From NCBI GenBank assembly GCA_964361095.1, contig CAYHZA010000003.1, positions 31,773-95,772 of the forward strand: a stretch of 64,000 nt of DNA. Direction: 5' to 3'. Each line of letters starts with the position of its first letter. Within the stretch, counting starts at the first letter, position 1. The notes under the pieces were generated by a model, which saw nothing but the letters and a program-made list of their open reading frames with translations, had not been told where the DNA came from and did not search any database. Below are positions 45,360 to 55,792 of this stretch, one piece after another. The position numbers and the translations under genes are program-made. This stretch comes from an uncultured Candidatus Saccharibacteria bacterium. GTDB taxonomy: Bacteria; Patescibacteriota; Minisyncoccia; UBA6257; 2-01-FULL-56-20.

Positions 45360-46590
45360 ATCGTTGCAACACCGCGGGAACCCTAATGCTCCCTTCTTTG
45401 GTTTGATAGTTCTCAAAAATCGCGATGAGTACGCGGCCGATGGCAAACGCGGTGCCATTTAACATATGAAGATAATCAGTTTTCCCTTCGCTATTACAAT
45501 ATTTCGCATTGATGCCCCGTGCTTGAAAATCGGCGGTATTGGAGCATGAGTGTGTCTCCCGATATTTCCCCCATCCTGAGCCTGTCGAATGGGCCTGCCC
45601 CGGCATCCACGCTTCGATATCGTATTGCCGCGCGTCGGTCCAACCCATATCCCCAGTGCAAATTTCAAGAACACGATAAGGAAGCTTTAACTTATCCATT
45701 AACTTTTCTTGAAGCGAAAGAAAAAACTCGTGCTCTTTTTCGGAGTCTTCGGGCTTCACGAATGAGAACATCTCAACCTTATCGAACTGGTGAACACGCA
45801 AAATTCCCTTGGTATCTTTTCCATAACTTCCCGCCTCGCGCCTAAAACACGTAGAAAACGAGACATAACGCTTCGGGAGATCCTTTTCTAAGAGAACATC
45901 ATTAAAGTGGAGAGGACCAACGGTATGCTCAGAACTTCCTACGAGATAAAGATCATCCTTCTCGAAATAATACCGCTCCTCTTTCTGGTCGCCCGCGAGC
46001 CGTCCCATGCCACGATACACCTCCGGACGGATCATAACCGGCGGCACAATCGGAATAAATCCTTCAGGAAGAAGAGTTTCAAACGCGAGTTGTATCAGCG
46101 CGAATTCCAAAAGCACCGCTTGATTTTTAAGATATCCGAATCTGCTTCCCGAAACTTCCGCCGCTTTCGCGGTGTCTACCAAATCGAACTTCTCCGAAAG
46201 CGCCATATAATCCTCCACGGGAAATTGAAAAGGAGATACATCACCCACTTCGCGAAGCACTTTGTTCTCCGATTCGTCTTTCCCTTGCGGAACATCACGA
46301 AACGGAAGATTGGGCAGACGATCCAAAATTTCGTCGCGTTCTTTTTCTAAGTTTTTCAGTTCAGCTTCTTTGTCTTGAACCTCGGATTTGAGCTTCTTCC
46401 CTTTTTCGATATCCCGCGCCTCGCTCGCTTTTTTCTGTTCGCTCCGCATCGCTTCAATTTCCTGCGTAAGCTCTCGCCACGCGGAGTCCACGCCCAAGAA
46501 CTGGTCTACCAGTTTCGGATCAACGCCCTTCTTTTCTATACCACGTTTCACGAGGTCAGGATTTTCGCGGATGAGCTTTATGTCGAGCAT
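45334..46590 (-). CDS. serS: serine--tRNA ligase
   Basis: N-terminal coiled-coil arm followed by a class II core (MLDIKLIRENPDLVKRGIEKKG...). Confidence 0.9.
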   Translation of the reverse strand: MLDIKLIRENPDLVKRGIEKKGVDPKLVDQFLGVDSAWRELTQEIEAMRSEQKKASEARDIEKGKKLKSEVQDKEAELKNLEKERDEILDRLPNLPFRDVPQGKDESENKVLREVGDVSPFQFPVEDYMALSEKFDLVDTAKAAEVSGSRFGYLKNQAVLLEFALIQLAFETLLPEGFIPIVPPVMIRPEVYRGMGRLAGDQKEERYYFEKDDLYLVGSSEHTVGPLHFNDVLLEKDLPKRYVSFSTCFRREAGSYGKDTKGILRVHQFDKVEMFSFVKPEDSEKEHEFFLSLQEKLMDKLKLPYRVLEICTGDMGWTDARQYDIEAWMPGQAHSTGSGWGKYRETHSCSNTADFQARGINAKYCNSEGKTDYLHMLNGTAFAIGRVLIAIFENYQTKEGSIRVPAVLQRYVGQEIIG

Positions 46591-46695
46591 TTTATAGTAA
46601 GTATATCGAACTATGTTATTTATGATACCACCCTTGAAACAACGGGTGAAGTAGCGTAGATTTCTGGGTAGTTCCTACTTTAAAGGAGGTTCAAT

Positions 46696-46893
46696 ATGAC
46701 GTTCTATGCTGGGCTGTTTTTAGTGGTTGGAATTCTCCTCGCGACTCTTGGGATTATTCTCAATGAGCCATCCCAAGACAAGATTTCGGCGGAAAGAAAA
46801 GAAAAAACGGCGAAAATAGGATTTGCACTCGCGATTTTGGGATTAGTTATCATCACGGTCGCAATCCTAACTCTCCTTTGGATTCTACCCTGA
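46696..46893 (+). CDS. small membrane protein
   Basis: 65 aa, two TM helices, GGAGG RBS. Confidence 0.4.
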   Translation: MTFYAGLFLVVGILLATLGIILNEPSQDKISAERKEKTAKIGFALAILGLVIITVAILTLLWILP

Positions 46894-46936
46894 GATTACG
46901 TGTTCTAATCGGAAACTCGACAACGAGGAGGTTCTG

Positions 46937-47332
46937 ATGGATAGAGTTCTTGCTTACGGTGGAGTCTTGTTGATGATACTCGCGCTCATTATTATGTGGC
47001 GCTCCCTACATTCCTCTCGAATAACTACACGAAGCGTCGTGGCAGTCTGCGCACTCGGAGGAGTGGCATGCGTCGGCTTAATCGCCGGGCATACGATGAC
47101 GTACGCAACGATTCATCAAACTCCCCCTAAGGAGGTGGCTCTCGAAAAAACCAAGGGATGCTGTCTCATCTGCAACTGCGGCCTACAGCTCCAAGCGTGT
47201 TGCGACGGATGTAAGCACCTGAAACCCATCCCCGACCCTTCAAAAAAAGAGTCGAGAATAGCGCAAACCGCCCGCTCTCTCTGCAAAAACTGTTGCGATT
47301 ACAAACGGAAAAGCGAAGAAAAAAAGCCGTAA
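46937..47332 (+). CDS. membrane protein with a Cys-rich C-terminal tail
   Basis: Two TM helices, then GCCLICNCGLQLQACCDGCKHL...CKNCCDYK. Confidence 0.4.
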   Translation: MDRVLAYGGVLLMILALIIMWRSLHSSRITTRSVVAVCALGGVACVGLIAGHTMTYATIHQTPPKEVALEKTKGCCLICNCGLQLQACCDGCKHLKPIPDPSKKESRIAQTARSLCKNCCDYKRKSEEKKP

Positions 47333-47363
47333 GAACGCGCTATGTATTGCAAAATCCAGAATA

Positions 47364-47398
47364 AAAAGGCTCCGCATCATAACGGAGCCGTTTCTTTT
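47364..47398 (+). terminator. rho-independent terminator
   Basis: GGCTCCG catcataa CGGAGCC followed by TTTCTTTT. Confidence 0.55.
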
Positions 47399-47430
47399 CA
47401 AAAAACATCCAATGGCGTAAAATAGTAAGC

Positions 47431-49194
47431 ATGGATTCAAATATAAAAAATATCCGCCACTCACTCGCGCACCTGCTCGCCATGGCAGTCCTCAAAAAAT
47501 TCCCCAAGGCAAAATTGGCAATCGGCCCGACCATAGAGAACGGGTTTTATTATGACTTTGAACTTCCGCGAACGCTCACGCCCGACGATCTTAAAGAATT
47601 CGAAAGAACGATGCGCGAGCTCATAAAAGCGCATCTTAATTTTAGCGGAGAAAAACTGACGGCGGTGGCGGCGAAAAAGATATTCAAAGATCAGCCGTTC
47701 AAATTGGAGCTGATAAAAGAATTTTCAAAGGACAAACAACAACTCACCCTCTATAAAACCGGGGATATATTCCAAGACCTCTGCCGCGGCGGACATGTAA
47801 AGAACACAAAAGAAATAAACCCCGAAGCATTCATGCTCACAAAAATCGCGGGCGCCTACTGGAGAGGCGACGAAAAAAATCCCCAGCTCCAGCGTATCTA
47901 CGGCTTGGCATTCGAAACGAAAGAAGAACTTGAGGCTCACCTCACGATGCTTGCGGAGGCGGAAAAACGCGACCATAGGAAACTCGGCAAAGCGCTGAAA
48001 CTTTTTACCATCATCGATGAGATAGGCCCCGGTTTGCCTCTTTTCTATCCAAAGGGAGCAATCTTAAGGCGCCTCTTGGAAGATTTCATTACCGAAACAC
48101 AAGAAGCAAAAGGTTATGTGCCGATTTGGATTCCTCACATCACCAGAGGTGAACTGTACAAAATTTCCGGCCATCTTGATAAATTTGACGCGCTCTATCC
48201 CCCCATGAAACTGAAAGGAGAGACCGATTATTATTTGAAGCCGATGAATTGCCCCCATTTCATGATGCTTTATAAAAGCGAACTGCGCTCGTATCGGGAT
48301 CTCCCGATCCGATGGACCGCAACCACGACGAATTATCGCTATGAAAAAAGCGGGGAGCTTTCCGGACTTACGCGTGTCCGCGCGTTAACCCAAGACGACT
48401 GTCATGTATTTTGTAGAACCGATCAAATCGAAGAGGAAATTAAACTCATGCTTGATATGATACATGATGCCTACAAAGCATTTGGGCTTACCGACTTCCG
48501 TGTTCGCATATCAACGCACGACCCGGAGGAAAAAGAAAAATATATCGGCGAACCCAAAACGTGGAAAATTTCAGAAGCGGTTCTCACTTCATTAGTTAAA
48601 TCTCGCGGATGGAACTATGAGATCGGCGTTGGGGAAGCCGCATTTTATGGACCGAAACTCGATTTCATTTTTAAAGACGTTCTCGGGAGAGAATGGCAAT
48701 TATCCACGATTCAACTTGATATGAATCTTCCGACAAGATTTGGGCTCCACTACGCGTCCCAAGGAGACTCCGAAAATACAAAAGCGGCTTTAGCCGAGCC
48801 TGTCGTTATTCACCGAGCCATCCTCGGGTCAACGGAACGTTTTCTTGGTATTCTTATCGAACATTACGCGGGCGCATTTCCGTTGTGGCTCGCGCCGATT
48901 CAAGCAACAGTACTCCCCGTAAGCGAAAAGTTTTCTTCCTATGGAGAAAAAGTTTCGAAAGAACTCCGCGAGTCGGGAGTACGCGTAACACTCGACGACG
49001 CGAACGAAACCCTGGGCAAACGTATCCGTGAGTCGGAACTCCAAAAAATCCCCTACGTGTTAGTCGTCGGTGAAAAAGAAGAAACAAACGGAACTATAAA
49101 CATCCGCCACTACCGGCGCGGGCAAGAGGGCGAAATCGGCATTCATAGCCTCGTAGAAAAAATAAAAGAGGAGATAGAAAAGAAAACAATTTAA
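47431..49194 (+). CDS. thrS: threonine--tRNA ligase (no TGS domain)
   Basis: N2-domain HxxxH (RHSLAHLLAMAV), class II catalytic core and a C-terminal anticodon-binding domain. 587 aa. Confidence 0.9.
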   Translation: MDSNIKNIRHSLAHLLAMAVLKKFPKAKLAIGPTIENGFYYDFELPRTLTPDDLKEFERTMRELIKAHLNFSGEKLTAVAAKKIFKDQPFKLELIKEFSKDKQQLTLYKTGDIFQDLCRGGHVKNTKEINPEAFMLTKIAGAYWRGDEKNPQLQRIYGLAFETKEELEAHLTMLAEAEKRDHRKLGKALKLFTIIDEIGPGLPLFYPKGAILRRLLEDFITETQEAKGYVPIWIPHITRGELYKISGHLDKFDALYPPMKLKGETDYYLKPMNCPHFMMLYKSELRSYRDLPIRWTATTTNYRYEKSGELSGLTRVRALTQDDCHVFCRTDQIEEEIKLMLDMIHDAYKAFGLTDFRVRISTHDPEEKEKYIGEPKTWKISEAVLTSLVKSRGWNYEIGVGEAAFYGPKLDFIFKDVLGREWQLSTIQLDMNLPTRFGLHYASQGDSENTKAALAEPVVIHRAILGSTERFLGILIEHYAGAFPLWLAPIQATVLPVSEKFSSYGEKVSKELRESGVRVTLDDANETLGKRIRESELQKIPYVLVVGEKEETNGTINIRHYRRGQEGEIGIHSLVEKIKEEIEKKTI

Positions 49195-49204
49195 AAAGCC
49201 CGAA

Positions 49205-49417
49205 CTATTTCTCGCTCGGGCTTGTGATACTTTGCTCGCCCTTTTTGGGGCAACACCGCGGGCACATCTCAACAACCGGATTGCTTCGCTCCTGCCACCG
49301 CCGTGGCGCAATACTAAATTTGTACTTTTCCTGTCGCCCGGTAAACACGAGCTTCTTGCCGTTACAAGTCGGACAGAGACTTTCTTTGTTCTCTTGCTTA
49401 TCCGCAGGCATCAACAC
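49205..49417 (-). CDS. zinc-ribbon small protein
   Basis: CPTCNGKK ... CPRCCPKK, two CxxC pairs. Confidence 0.4.
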   Translation of the reverse strand: MLMPADKQENKESLCPTCNGKKLVFTGRQEKYKFSIAPRRWQERSNPVVEMCPRCCPKKGEQSITSPSEK

Positions 49418-49700
49418 TCCTCCTCAGTAATTTCTTTCGTGCTAAGCCCATAGTACCATAAACAAGAACGCAATAATCCAGAATAAGTAAGGGCTCCTAT
49501 AAATAGGAGCCCCGTATCGGACGCAAGGAAGCGGATTCTAGGGATTCAGCCTCGAGACTCTTTCATGAGCTCGATAGCCTCCTCCCGCGTGACGAAGTAG
49601 AGCACCCCATTCACGACGAAAAGCATTTTCACCGAAATCCACCTCCTCTCGCTTTTTCAGGTTACTTGCTACCTTTAATTATACCACACAAACAACTAAA

Positions 49701-50711
49701 ATGTCAAGTAACTCGCAAACCCCAAAAATCCTCGTGATTCTGGGTCCTACGGCGAGTGGGAAATCCAAACTTGCGGTAGAACTGGCAAAGCAATACAACG
49801 GCGAAATAATCTCCGCGGATTCCCGACAGGTGTATAGGGGGCTGGATATAGGCTCAGGGAAAGTGCCCCGCGACAATTTAAAGATCAAAGATCAAAGATC
49901 AAAATTACAAAGCAAAATTAAAAATAATGGGGAAGGTTATTTTCATGGGGGCATTAAGCACCATCTACTTGATGTCGCAAGCCCTAAGTGGACCTTCACC
50001 GTGACGCAATATCAGAAACTGGCGAGAGCGGCGATCAATAAAATTTTAAAGAAAGGAAAAACGCCCATCATTGTCGGAGGCACGGGATTTTATATTGACG
50101 CGGTGCTCCATGGCTGGGAACTCCCCGCGGTAAAACCGAATCTGATATTGCGCAAAAAACTTGAGAAGCTCTCTCCGGAAAAATTATTTGCGGAACTTAA
50201 AAGGCGCGACCCTCGCCGCGCTCGAACGATTGACCGGCACAACAAGCGCCGGCTCATCCGCGCGCTCGAAATCATAACGGCGACAAAAAATCCCGTGCCG
50301 CCGCTTGCGGAAAGAAATTCTTACTCCAATGTTCTTGAGAACATTGGAGTAAGAACCGGCAAGAATATTTTAAAAATCGGCATACGGCTTCCCGATGAGG
50401 AACTCAAAAAACGCATCCACAATCGCCTTCTCGGCTGGCTTCGAGAGGGGCTTCTTGGGGAAATTAAAAAACTCCGCGCGGAAGGAGTAAGCTGGAAACG
50501 GCTGGACGGTTTCGGATTAGAGTATCGGCAGGCAAGCCGATATCTGCGTCACCTTATTACAAAAACAGAGATGATCGAAAAATCGGAAACCGAAATCCGA
50601 CGCTACGCCAAGCGGCAAATGACATGGTGGAAACGCGACAAAGAAATCGCGTGGCTCAAAAATGAAAAAGAAATCTTTCAAGCAGTGCGGCGATTTGTTG
50701 CTTTATCGTGA
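49701..50711 (+). CDS. miaA: tRNA dimethylallyltransferase with an in-frame insertion of about 25 aa
   Basis: P-loop GPTASGKS and DSRQVYRGLDIGSGK. An insert (NLKIKDQRSKLQSKIKNNGEGYF) precedes the conserved HHLLDV. Confidence 0.85.
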   Translation: MSSNSQTPKILVILGPTASGKSKLAVELAKQYNGEIISADSRQVYRGLDIGSGKVPRDNLKIKDQRSKLQSKIKNNGEGYFHGGIKHHLLDVASPKWTFTVTQYQKLARAAINKILKKGKTPIIVGGTGFYIDAVLHGWELPAVKPNLILRKKLEKLSPEKLFAELKRRDPRRARTIDRHNKRRLIRALEIITATKNPVPPLAERNSYSNVLENIGVRTGKNILKIGIRLPDEELKKRIHNRLLGWLREGLLGEIKKLRAEGVSWKRLDGFGLEYRQASRYLRHLITKTEMIEKSETEIRRYAKRQMTWWKRDKEIAWLKNEKEIFQAVRRFVALS

Positions 50712-51029
50712 AACTATTGCCGTGTCGCAGAAGCCCGAGATACGACGCGACAGTTTCGGGTGCAGGGTGCGCGACGATTCTCTTCATCATCCCTTGAGAC
50801 TTCAAATGAACTCAGTCGAAGTTATACTCTTGGGATTGTATCGAATTCGGAATCTGTAATTCCTTAACTTCTTGCACCAAGTAGCAACAGTATAAAGCGC
50901 ATAACACCGCGCACCGAAAACAGACATGTCCGCTCTCGTTCCGGCAAATGCCATCGCAGAATTCGACCGCACACAACCGTAGCCGTATACGCAACGTCTA
51001 CTATCCGTAATCATGGTATCACAATATGC

Positions 51030-51070
51030 AAAAGGCTCCGACGACATGATGTCGAAGGAGCCTTTTTGTG
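51030..51070. terminator. bidirectional rho-independent terminator
   Basis: AAAGGCTCC ... GGAGCCTTT hairpin flanked by A5 and T5 runs. Confidence 0.5.
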
Positions 51071-51141
51071 AAAGAGTCCAAGTGACTAAGGTTCAAATCA
51101 AAAACCAAAGTCACAAGACCCAAAGTTGCTACTTGCCCGCC

Positions 51142-51777
51142 TTAGGCGGGCTTACTGGAGATCGCCAGACGCCCGCGCCGATCCAAGTGAGTGCCGAGCC
51201 AGTACCAACGCAGGTACCACTGCGTGCTGCCCTGAGAGAGGCATGGGACGAACCGGTAGCCGTTCTCGTTCACCACGACCAGTCCAGAGAAGTCGATGTA
51301 GATCTTCCCGAGAAGAGCCATAAAGTCCGGGAATTCGTCTTGGTGCTCCACGAGCCAGACGGCCTGCTGATAGCCCAGACAGAGATCGAGCTTCGAGGCG
51401 ATACGGCACTCGTACTCGGTGCCGTTTATCCTGTTCTCGTCGGGACGCAGGACGGTCGCGAGTGCGAGCGTAGTCACTTCGATCGGCGAAGTGTCCCGCT
51501 CGATGGACTTGATCCACGAAAACTTCGCCTGGAGTTCCCAGAGTGTCGGCCGCGGGAGTGCGGGAATTTGGAGCGTGAGTTCGTCCGTCTCGCGGAAGAA
51601 ATCGCCGATCTGCATCCGGAAGCCGTTCCGGACAAAAGCAGTGAATTCGCTTCCCGCACGCTTGGCCTCACTAATACCCACCTGAACCTGCTCGACTGTG
51701 AGCGAGTCCCAATCGGCATTCTCGCCGAGTTTGGCAAGAAGCGAGAGACATTGCTTCGCGGAAATCTTGCTCATCAC
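51142..51777 (-). CDS. hypothetical protein encoded in a GC-rich island
   Basis: 211-aa protein-like translation on the minus strand. The overlapping plus-strand 328-aa ORF is V/R/L-rich shadow sequence. GC is well above neighbouring genes. Confidence 0.5.
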   Translation of the reverse strand: MMSKISAKQCLSLLAKLGENADWDSLTVEQVQVGISEAKRAGSEFTAFVRNGFRMQIGDFFRETDELTLQIPALPRPTLWELQAKFSWIKSIERDTSPIEVTTLALATVLRPDENRINGTEYECRIASKLDLCLGYQQAVWLVEHQDEFPDFMALLGKIYIDFSGLVVVNENGYRFVPCLSQGSTQWYLRWYWLGTHLDRRGRLAISSKPA

Positions 51778-51840
51778 GTCCTCCTGTGCCGCGGGGATTT
51801 AAACACGTCGCATTATGCGAGCGTTTGGTCCTCTCGTTTC

Positions 51841-51941
51841 GCCGCAGCGCTTAACGCATATGAACGCCCTAAGCGCTGCGGCAAATTCGCAAGTAGATTA
51901 ATTTATAAAAGTGCTATTATCAGTGATAATTTTAGCACTAT
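51841..51941. promoter_or_regulatory. two palindromes in the upstream region of the 51142-51777 gene
   Basis: GCCGCAGCGCTTA...TAAGCGCTGCGGC (13-bp arms) and AGTGCTA ttatcagtgataa tt TAGCACT (nested). Confidence 0.3.
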
Positions 51942-51976
51942 TTATACTATTTTGTCAACCCCCACACCAAACGAGT

Positions 51977-52234
51977 TCAAGTGGCCAGAGATTTCTTGAT
52001 GCGCCCGAGGAGCTGCTTCATCGCTTTAGCTCTTAGCTTCAAATTATGTTCCCTGTGCCTCGCATCCTCTTCTACTGCATATGCCTCCGCGTACACCAGT
52101 TTGAAGGGCCTACGGTATTTGGTGGATATTACAAATCCGGAGTTATGTTCTTTTATTCTCTTTGCAAGATTTCCGGTAAAACCAATATAAAATCTGCCAT
52201 CTTTCAAGCTTTTCAAAATATATACCGAGAACAT
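51977..52234 (-). CDS. stand-alone GIY-YIG nuclease-domain protein
   Basis: VYILKSLKDGRFYIGFTGNLAKRIKEHN, 85 aa. Confidence 0.7.
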   Translation of the reverse strand: MFSVYILKSLKDGRFYIGFTGNLAKRIKEHNSGFVISTKYRRPFKLVYAEAYAVEEDARHREHNLKLRAKAMKQLLGRIKKSLAT

Positions 52235-52248
52235 AACTCAAGAACTCG

Positions 52249-53724
52249 TTATGGTGTGGGGGTCAAATGTTTCAAAAAAAGCTCCTTCAAAACCTCGGGG
52301 CTCCCCCGCCCCTTCAATTTTGCCATTGCCTTTCCAATCAGAAACTGCACGCTCGCTTCCTTCCCTTTTTTATAATCGGCAACCGCCGCCGGATTGTCCG
52401 CGATGATTTCTCTTACGGTCGTTTCGAGTTCGCTCGAATCAGAAACGGTATGAAGACCTTCGTTCTCAAGAATCTCTTCCGGATCGGAACCGTCGTCAAA
52501 CATCTTCCGCAAAATATCTTTTGCCTGCCGGCTCATAATTTTCCCGTCCGCGATCAAATCCACAAGATGCGCAAGATGCTCGGGAGTGACTTTTACGGCC
52601 GAGAACGGGGTTCCCGTTTCGTTCACAAGCCCCAAGAGGTCGCTCGTTAAATAATTAAAAAGCAGATCGCGCGGTTTTTTGTCTATCCGCGAAGTATTTT
52701 TTTCATCCCGCGCGGCAAGTTCGCTCGCGGCCGCCTCAAAAAAATCGGAGAGTTTTTTGTCTTCCACCAAGAGCGCCGCCTGCTCCTCCGAAAGAGCGTA
52801 TTCCTTCCCCAAGCGGACAAATTTTGCCGCCGGCAATTCGGGCATCTTGTTTTTCAAATGCCAAAGGTCGAAGCTTTTTGTTTCAAACGGCGGCAGATCC
52901 GGCTCGGGAAAATAACGATAATCGTGCGCCTCTTCTTTTGAACGCTGGCTGACGGTAATTTTTTTCACATCATCCCAGCCTCGAGTTTCCTGTTTTACCT
53001 TTTCGCCCCTCTTTAATACGCCCTCCTGCCGCTTTAACTCGTACTCAATGGCATCGTGTACGGCCCTGAACGAGTTAATATTCTTTACCTCTACCTTTGT
53101 CCCCCATTTCCAATTACCCTTAAACCATTTACCCAAACTTACGTTCGCCTCAACGCGCATCTGACCCCTGTCCATATCCGCGTCGGAAGCCCCCAGATAA
53201 CGCAAAATGAGCTGGAGGTTTTTCGCGAATTCCACCGCTTCATCCGAAGTTTTAAAATCCGGATCGGTAACAAGCTCCATGAGCGGTAACCCCGCGCGAT
53301 TGTAATCAACCAGCGTCCCCGTCTCCGAATGTTGTAAACGTCCGGCATCTTCCTCTAGATGCACGCGGGTTACTTTAATCGTCGTGCCGGCTTTCCTTAA
53401 TGCCATCGTTCCGCCCGCAACGATTGGTTCGTCAAATTGCGAGATTTGATATCCCTTGGGCAAGTCGGGATAAAAATAATTTTTGCGGTCAAATTTTGTA
53501 ACGGCCGCGATCTTCCCGCCCAATGCGAGGCCAACTTTTATGGTTGCCTCTACTGCCTGTTTATTGATAACCGGCAATGTTCCGGGGTGCCCGAGACAAA
53601 CGGGGCAAACATTCACGTTCGGACGCTTCTCGTCCGGATCATTCAAGGAATCACAAAACATCTTGGTTTTGGTCTTAAGTTCCGCGTGTATTTCTAACCC
53701 AATGGTAGGAACGTACTTACTCAT
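52249..53724 (-). CDS. gatB: Asp-tRNA(Asn)/Glu-tRNA(Gln) amidotransferase subunit B
   Basis: PTIGLEIHAELKTKTKMFC...CPVCLGHPGTLP and a C-terminal YqeY-like domain. The likely start is MSKYVP. Confidence 0.9.
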   Translation of the reverse strand: MSKYVPTIGLEIHAELKTKTKMFCDSLNDPDEKRPNVNVCPVCLGHPGTLPVINKQAVEATIKVGLALGGKIAAVTKFDRKNYFYPDLPKGYQISQFDEPIVAGGTMALRKAGTTIKVTRVHLEEDAGRLQHSETGTLVDYNRAGLPLMELVTDPDFKTSDEAVEFAKNLQLILRYLGASDADMDRGQMRVEANVSLGKWFKGNWKWGTKVEVKNINSFRAVHDAIEYELKRQEGVLKRGEKVKQETRGWDDVKKITVSQRSKEEAHDYRYFPEPDLPPFETKSFDLWHLKNKMPELPAAKFVRLGKEYALSEEQAALLVEDKKLSDFFEAAASELAARDEKNTSRIDKKPRDLLFNYLTSDLLGLVNETGTPFSAVKVTPEHLAHLVDLIADGKIMSRQAKDILRKMFDDGSDPEEILENEGLHTVSDSSELETTVREIIADNPAAVADYKKGKEASVQFLIGKAMAKLKGRGSPEVLKELFLKHLTPTP

Positions 53725-53820
53725 GAGCGTGCCTGCCCGCCGCAGTTTTAACGAAGACGGGTATTTCAAGGCCTATCGTCGGAATATATTTCATATAGAG
53801 TTATGATAGAAGAAAAAAGC

Positions 53821-54432
53821 CTACGGGAAAAGCGCAATGGTCTTTGTTTTGATCTCGTTGAACACTTTGAGAATCGGCTGATCGCCATCCACGATGTGCA
53901 TATTCACAAACTTCTCCGGCAATTTTTGATAGGTTTCCCATACTTTCTTCAACACTTCCAATTTCTCAAAAAGTTTGATGTCCCCCTTGCGCGCGTAAAT
54001 CCGTTCTATGCAACGTTCCGGCAAAACTTCAAGAATAAACGTAAGATCGGGAGTTGGGAATTCGGCGTTCAAGCCGATAAGCCAATCCAAATCGCACCCG
54101 GTCGCACCAAACGCAAGAGACGAAAAAAAATAGCGATCGGAAATCACTATCTTCCCGTCTTTGAGCGCGGGCAGAATTAACGTATCGAGATGCGTTCTGC
54201 GGTCCTCCGTGAAAAGCTCCTGAAGTTCCTGCGGAGAGCGCGTCTCCTCGTGCGCAAGAATCTTCTTGATGATCATCCCTGCGTTGCTTTCTTCGGTAGG
54301 CTCTTTCGTAAAAACAACTTCCTTCTCTTGGGATTTAAAAAACTTCGCCAAAAGCTCCGCTTGGGTCGTTTTTCCGGATCCGTCGAGACCCTCGAACACA
54401 ATAAATTTTCCGGGACGTGTATTGTTTTCCAT
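53821..54432 (-). CDS. tmk: thymidylate kinase
   Basis: P-loop FIVFEGLDGSGKTTQ and a DRYFFSSLAFG lid. Confidence 0.85.
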   Translation of the reverse strand: MENNTRPGKFIVFEGLDGSGKTTQAELLAKFFKSQEKEVVFTKEPTEESNAGMIIKKILAHEETRSPQELQELFTEDRRTHLDTLILPALKDGKIVISDRYFFSSLAFGATGCDLDWLIGLNAEFPTPDLTFILEVLPERCIERIYARKGDIKLFEKLEVLKKVWETYQKLPEKFVNMHIVDGDQPILKVFNEIKTKTIALFP

Positions 54433-54523
54433 AGCTAAAACAGCTCTTGCTCATTGTAGCAGAAGCCCTTTCCGAAAAAAAATGAAATTCGATCCTATCC
54501 TTCAATCGTAATTCCCACTCTTC

Positions 54524-54640
54524 GTCGTGAGTCGCTTCCGCCAACTGGCGGACAGCAACTCACTCCCTGAGAACCCTCGGTTCTCAGCTACTCTCCTATA
54601 CGGGAGGAACCTCATACTTTCCTCCCGACCCCTCCTTCGG
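54524..54640 (+). repeat. REP-like element (same family as 40808-40925), carrying the CCGCCAACTGGCGG hairpin
   Basis: CGTCGTGAGTCGCT...CAGCAACTCACTCCCTGAGAACCCTCGGTTCTCAG...CCTATACGGGAGGAA is about 80% identical to the lepA-upstream element. Base changes in the two hairpins are compensatory. Confidence 0.5.
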
Positions 54641-54651
54641 AAGCATGGAAA

Positions 54652-55074
54652 TCACTCAACTGTGATTCCCATGCTCCTCGCTGTGCCTTCAATAATCTTC
54701 TCCGCGGCTTCAATGCTGTTCGCGTTCAAGTCAACCAATTTTTTCTCCGCAATCTTCCGGATATCGGCTTTGGTAACTTTTCCTATCTTATTTTTAAGCG
54801 GATTCGCCGAACCTTTTGCGATGCCTGCCGCTTTTTTGAGCATATCGGACGCGGGAGGCGTTTTAAGCTTAAACGTAAAACTCCGGTCTTCAAAAATCGT
54901 TATTTCCGCAGGCACCACATCACCCGTCATTTCTTTCGTGGCCTCGTTAAACTGCTTGCAGAAATCCATAATATTGATGCCGTGGGGCCCGAGCGCGGTG
55001 CCAACCGGAGGAGCCGGATTTGCTTTTCCGGCATCAAGTTGAATTTTGAGAATTGTCTTTATTTTTTTTGCCAT
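54652..55074 (-). CDS. rplK: 50S ribosomal protein L11
   Basis: [43 protein letters not shown]. Confidence 0.9.
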   Translation of the reverse strand: MAKKIKTILKIQLDAGKANPAPPVGTALGPHGINIMDFCKQFNEATKEMTGDVVPAEITIFEDRSFTFKLKTPPASDMLKKAAGIAKGSANPLKNKIGKVTKADIRKIAEKKLVDLNANSIEAAEKIIEGTARSMGITVE

Positions 55075-55217
55075 GCCAATGTTGTTTAAATTTATGAGCT
55101 CAATGCGAAGTAAATTTTACTACAACATTGAGCACCGAGCACATAAGAAACTTATGTGCTCGGTCAGATTACGGTAGTGAAAAATTCTAATACATATATT
55201 TGAATTTTTCAACCGAA

Positions 55218-55787
55218 TCAGACCTTTTTTACTTGTAATGAATCGAGCTCTACAGCCGTATCTCGGCCGAATACGGGAACCAATACTTTAACCTTTCCCT
55301 TCTCCTCGTCAACCTCGGACACTTTCGCGTCGTAATCCTTGAAGGGGCCGTCGGTAATCTTTACGAGATCGCCGACCGCAAGATCAATAGTCATCTTTCC
55401 CTCATCCCGATCCGTGCGCGCGAGAAGCGACTCCACCTCTTCCTTGGAAAGCGGCGTCGGCTTTGTGCTGTCGGCTCCCACAAAACCGGTGACGCGTGGA
55501 GTGTTGCGCACTACATACCAGGAATCGTCCGTCATCGCCATCTCAACAAGCACATAGCCCGGATATGTTTTTTCTTCAACGGTATGCCGCCGACCGCCTT
55601 TGATTCTTACGATTTTTTCCTTCGGCACCACCACGTTGAAAATTTTGTCTCCCATAGAGAGGGACTCAACGCGTTGTTTTAGATAGCGCGCGACGGCTTC
55701 TTCGTAGCCGGAATAGGTGTGAACCGCGTACCACTGCCGTTCCTCTTTTTGATTCTGCGTGCTACTCGATGGTTTTTCGTGTTCCAT
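55218..55787 (-). CDS. nusG: transcription termination/antitermination factor NusG
   Basis: NGN domain (WYAVHTYSGYEEAV...GYVLVEM) and KOW (GDLVKITDGPFKDYDAKV). Confidence 0.9.
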   Translation of the reverse strand: MEHEKPSSSTQNQKEERQWYAVHTYSGYEEAVARYLKQRVESLSMGDKIFNVVVPKEKIVRIKGGRRHTVEEKTYPGYVLVEMAMTDDSWYVVRNTPRVTGFVGADSTKPTPLSKEEVESLLARTDRDEGKMTIDLAVGDLVKITDGPFKDYDAKVSEVDEEKGKVKVLVPVFGRDTAVELDSLQVKKV

Positions 55788-55792
55788 AAAAT

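Noticed and set aside
51013-51999. 328-aa plus-strand ORF spanning the GC-rich island
   Set aside because: Its translation is Val/Arg/Leu/Pro-rich and not protein-like. It is the antisense shadow of the convincing 211-aa minus-strand gene 51142-51777.
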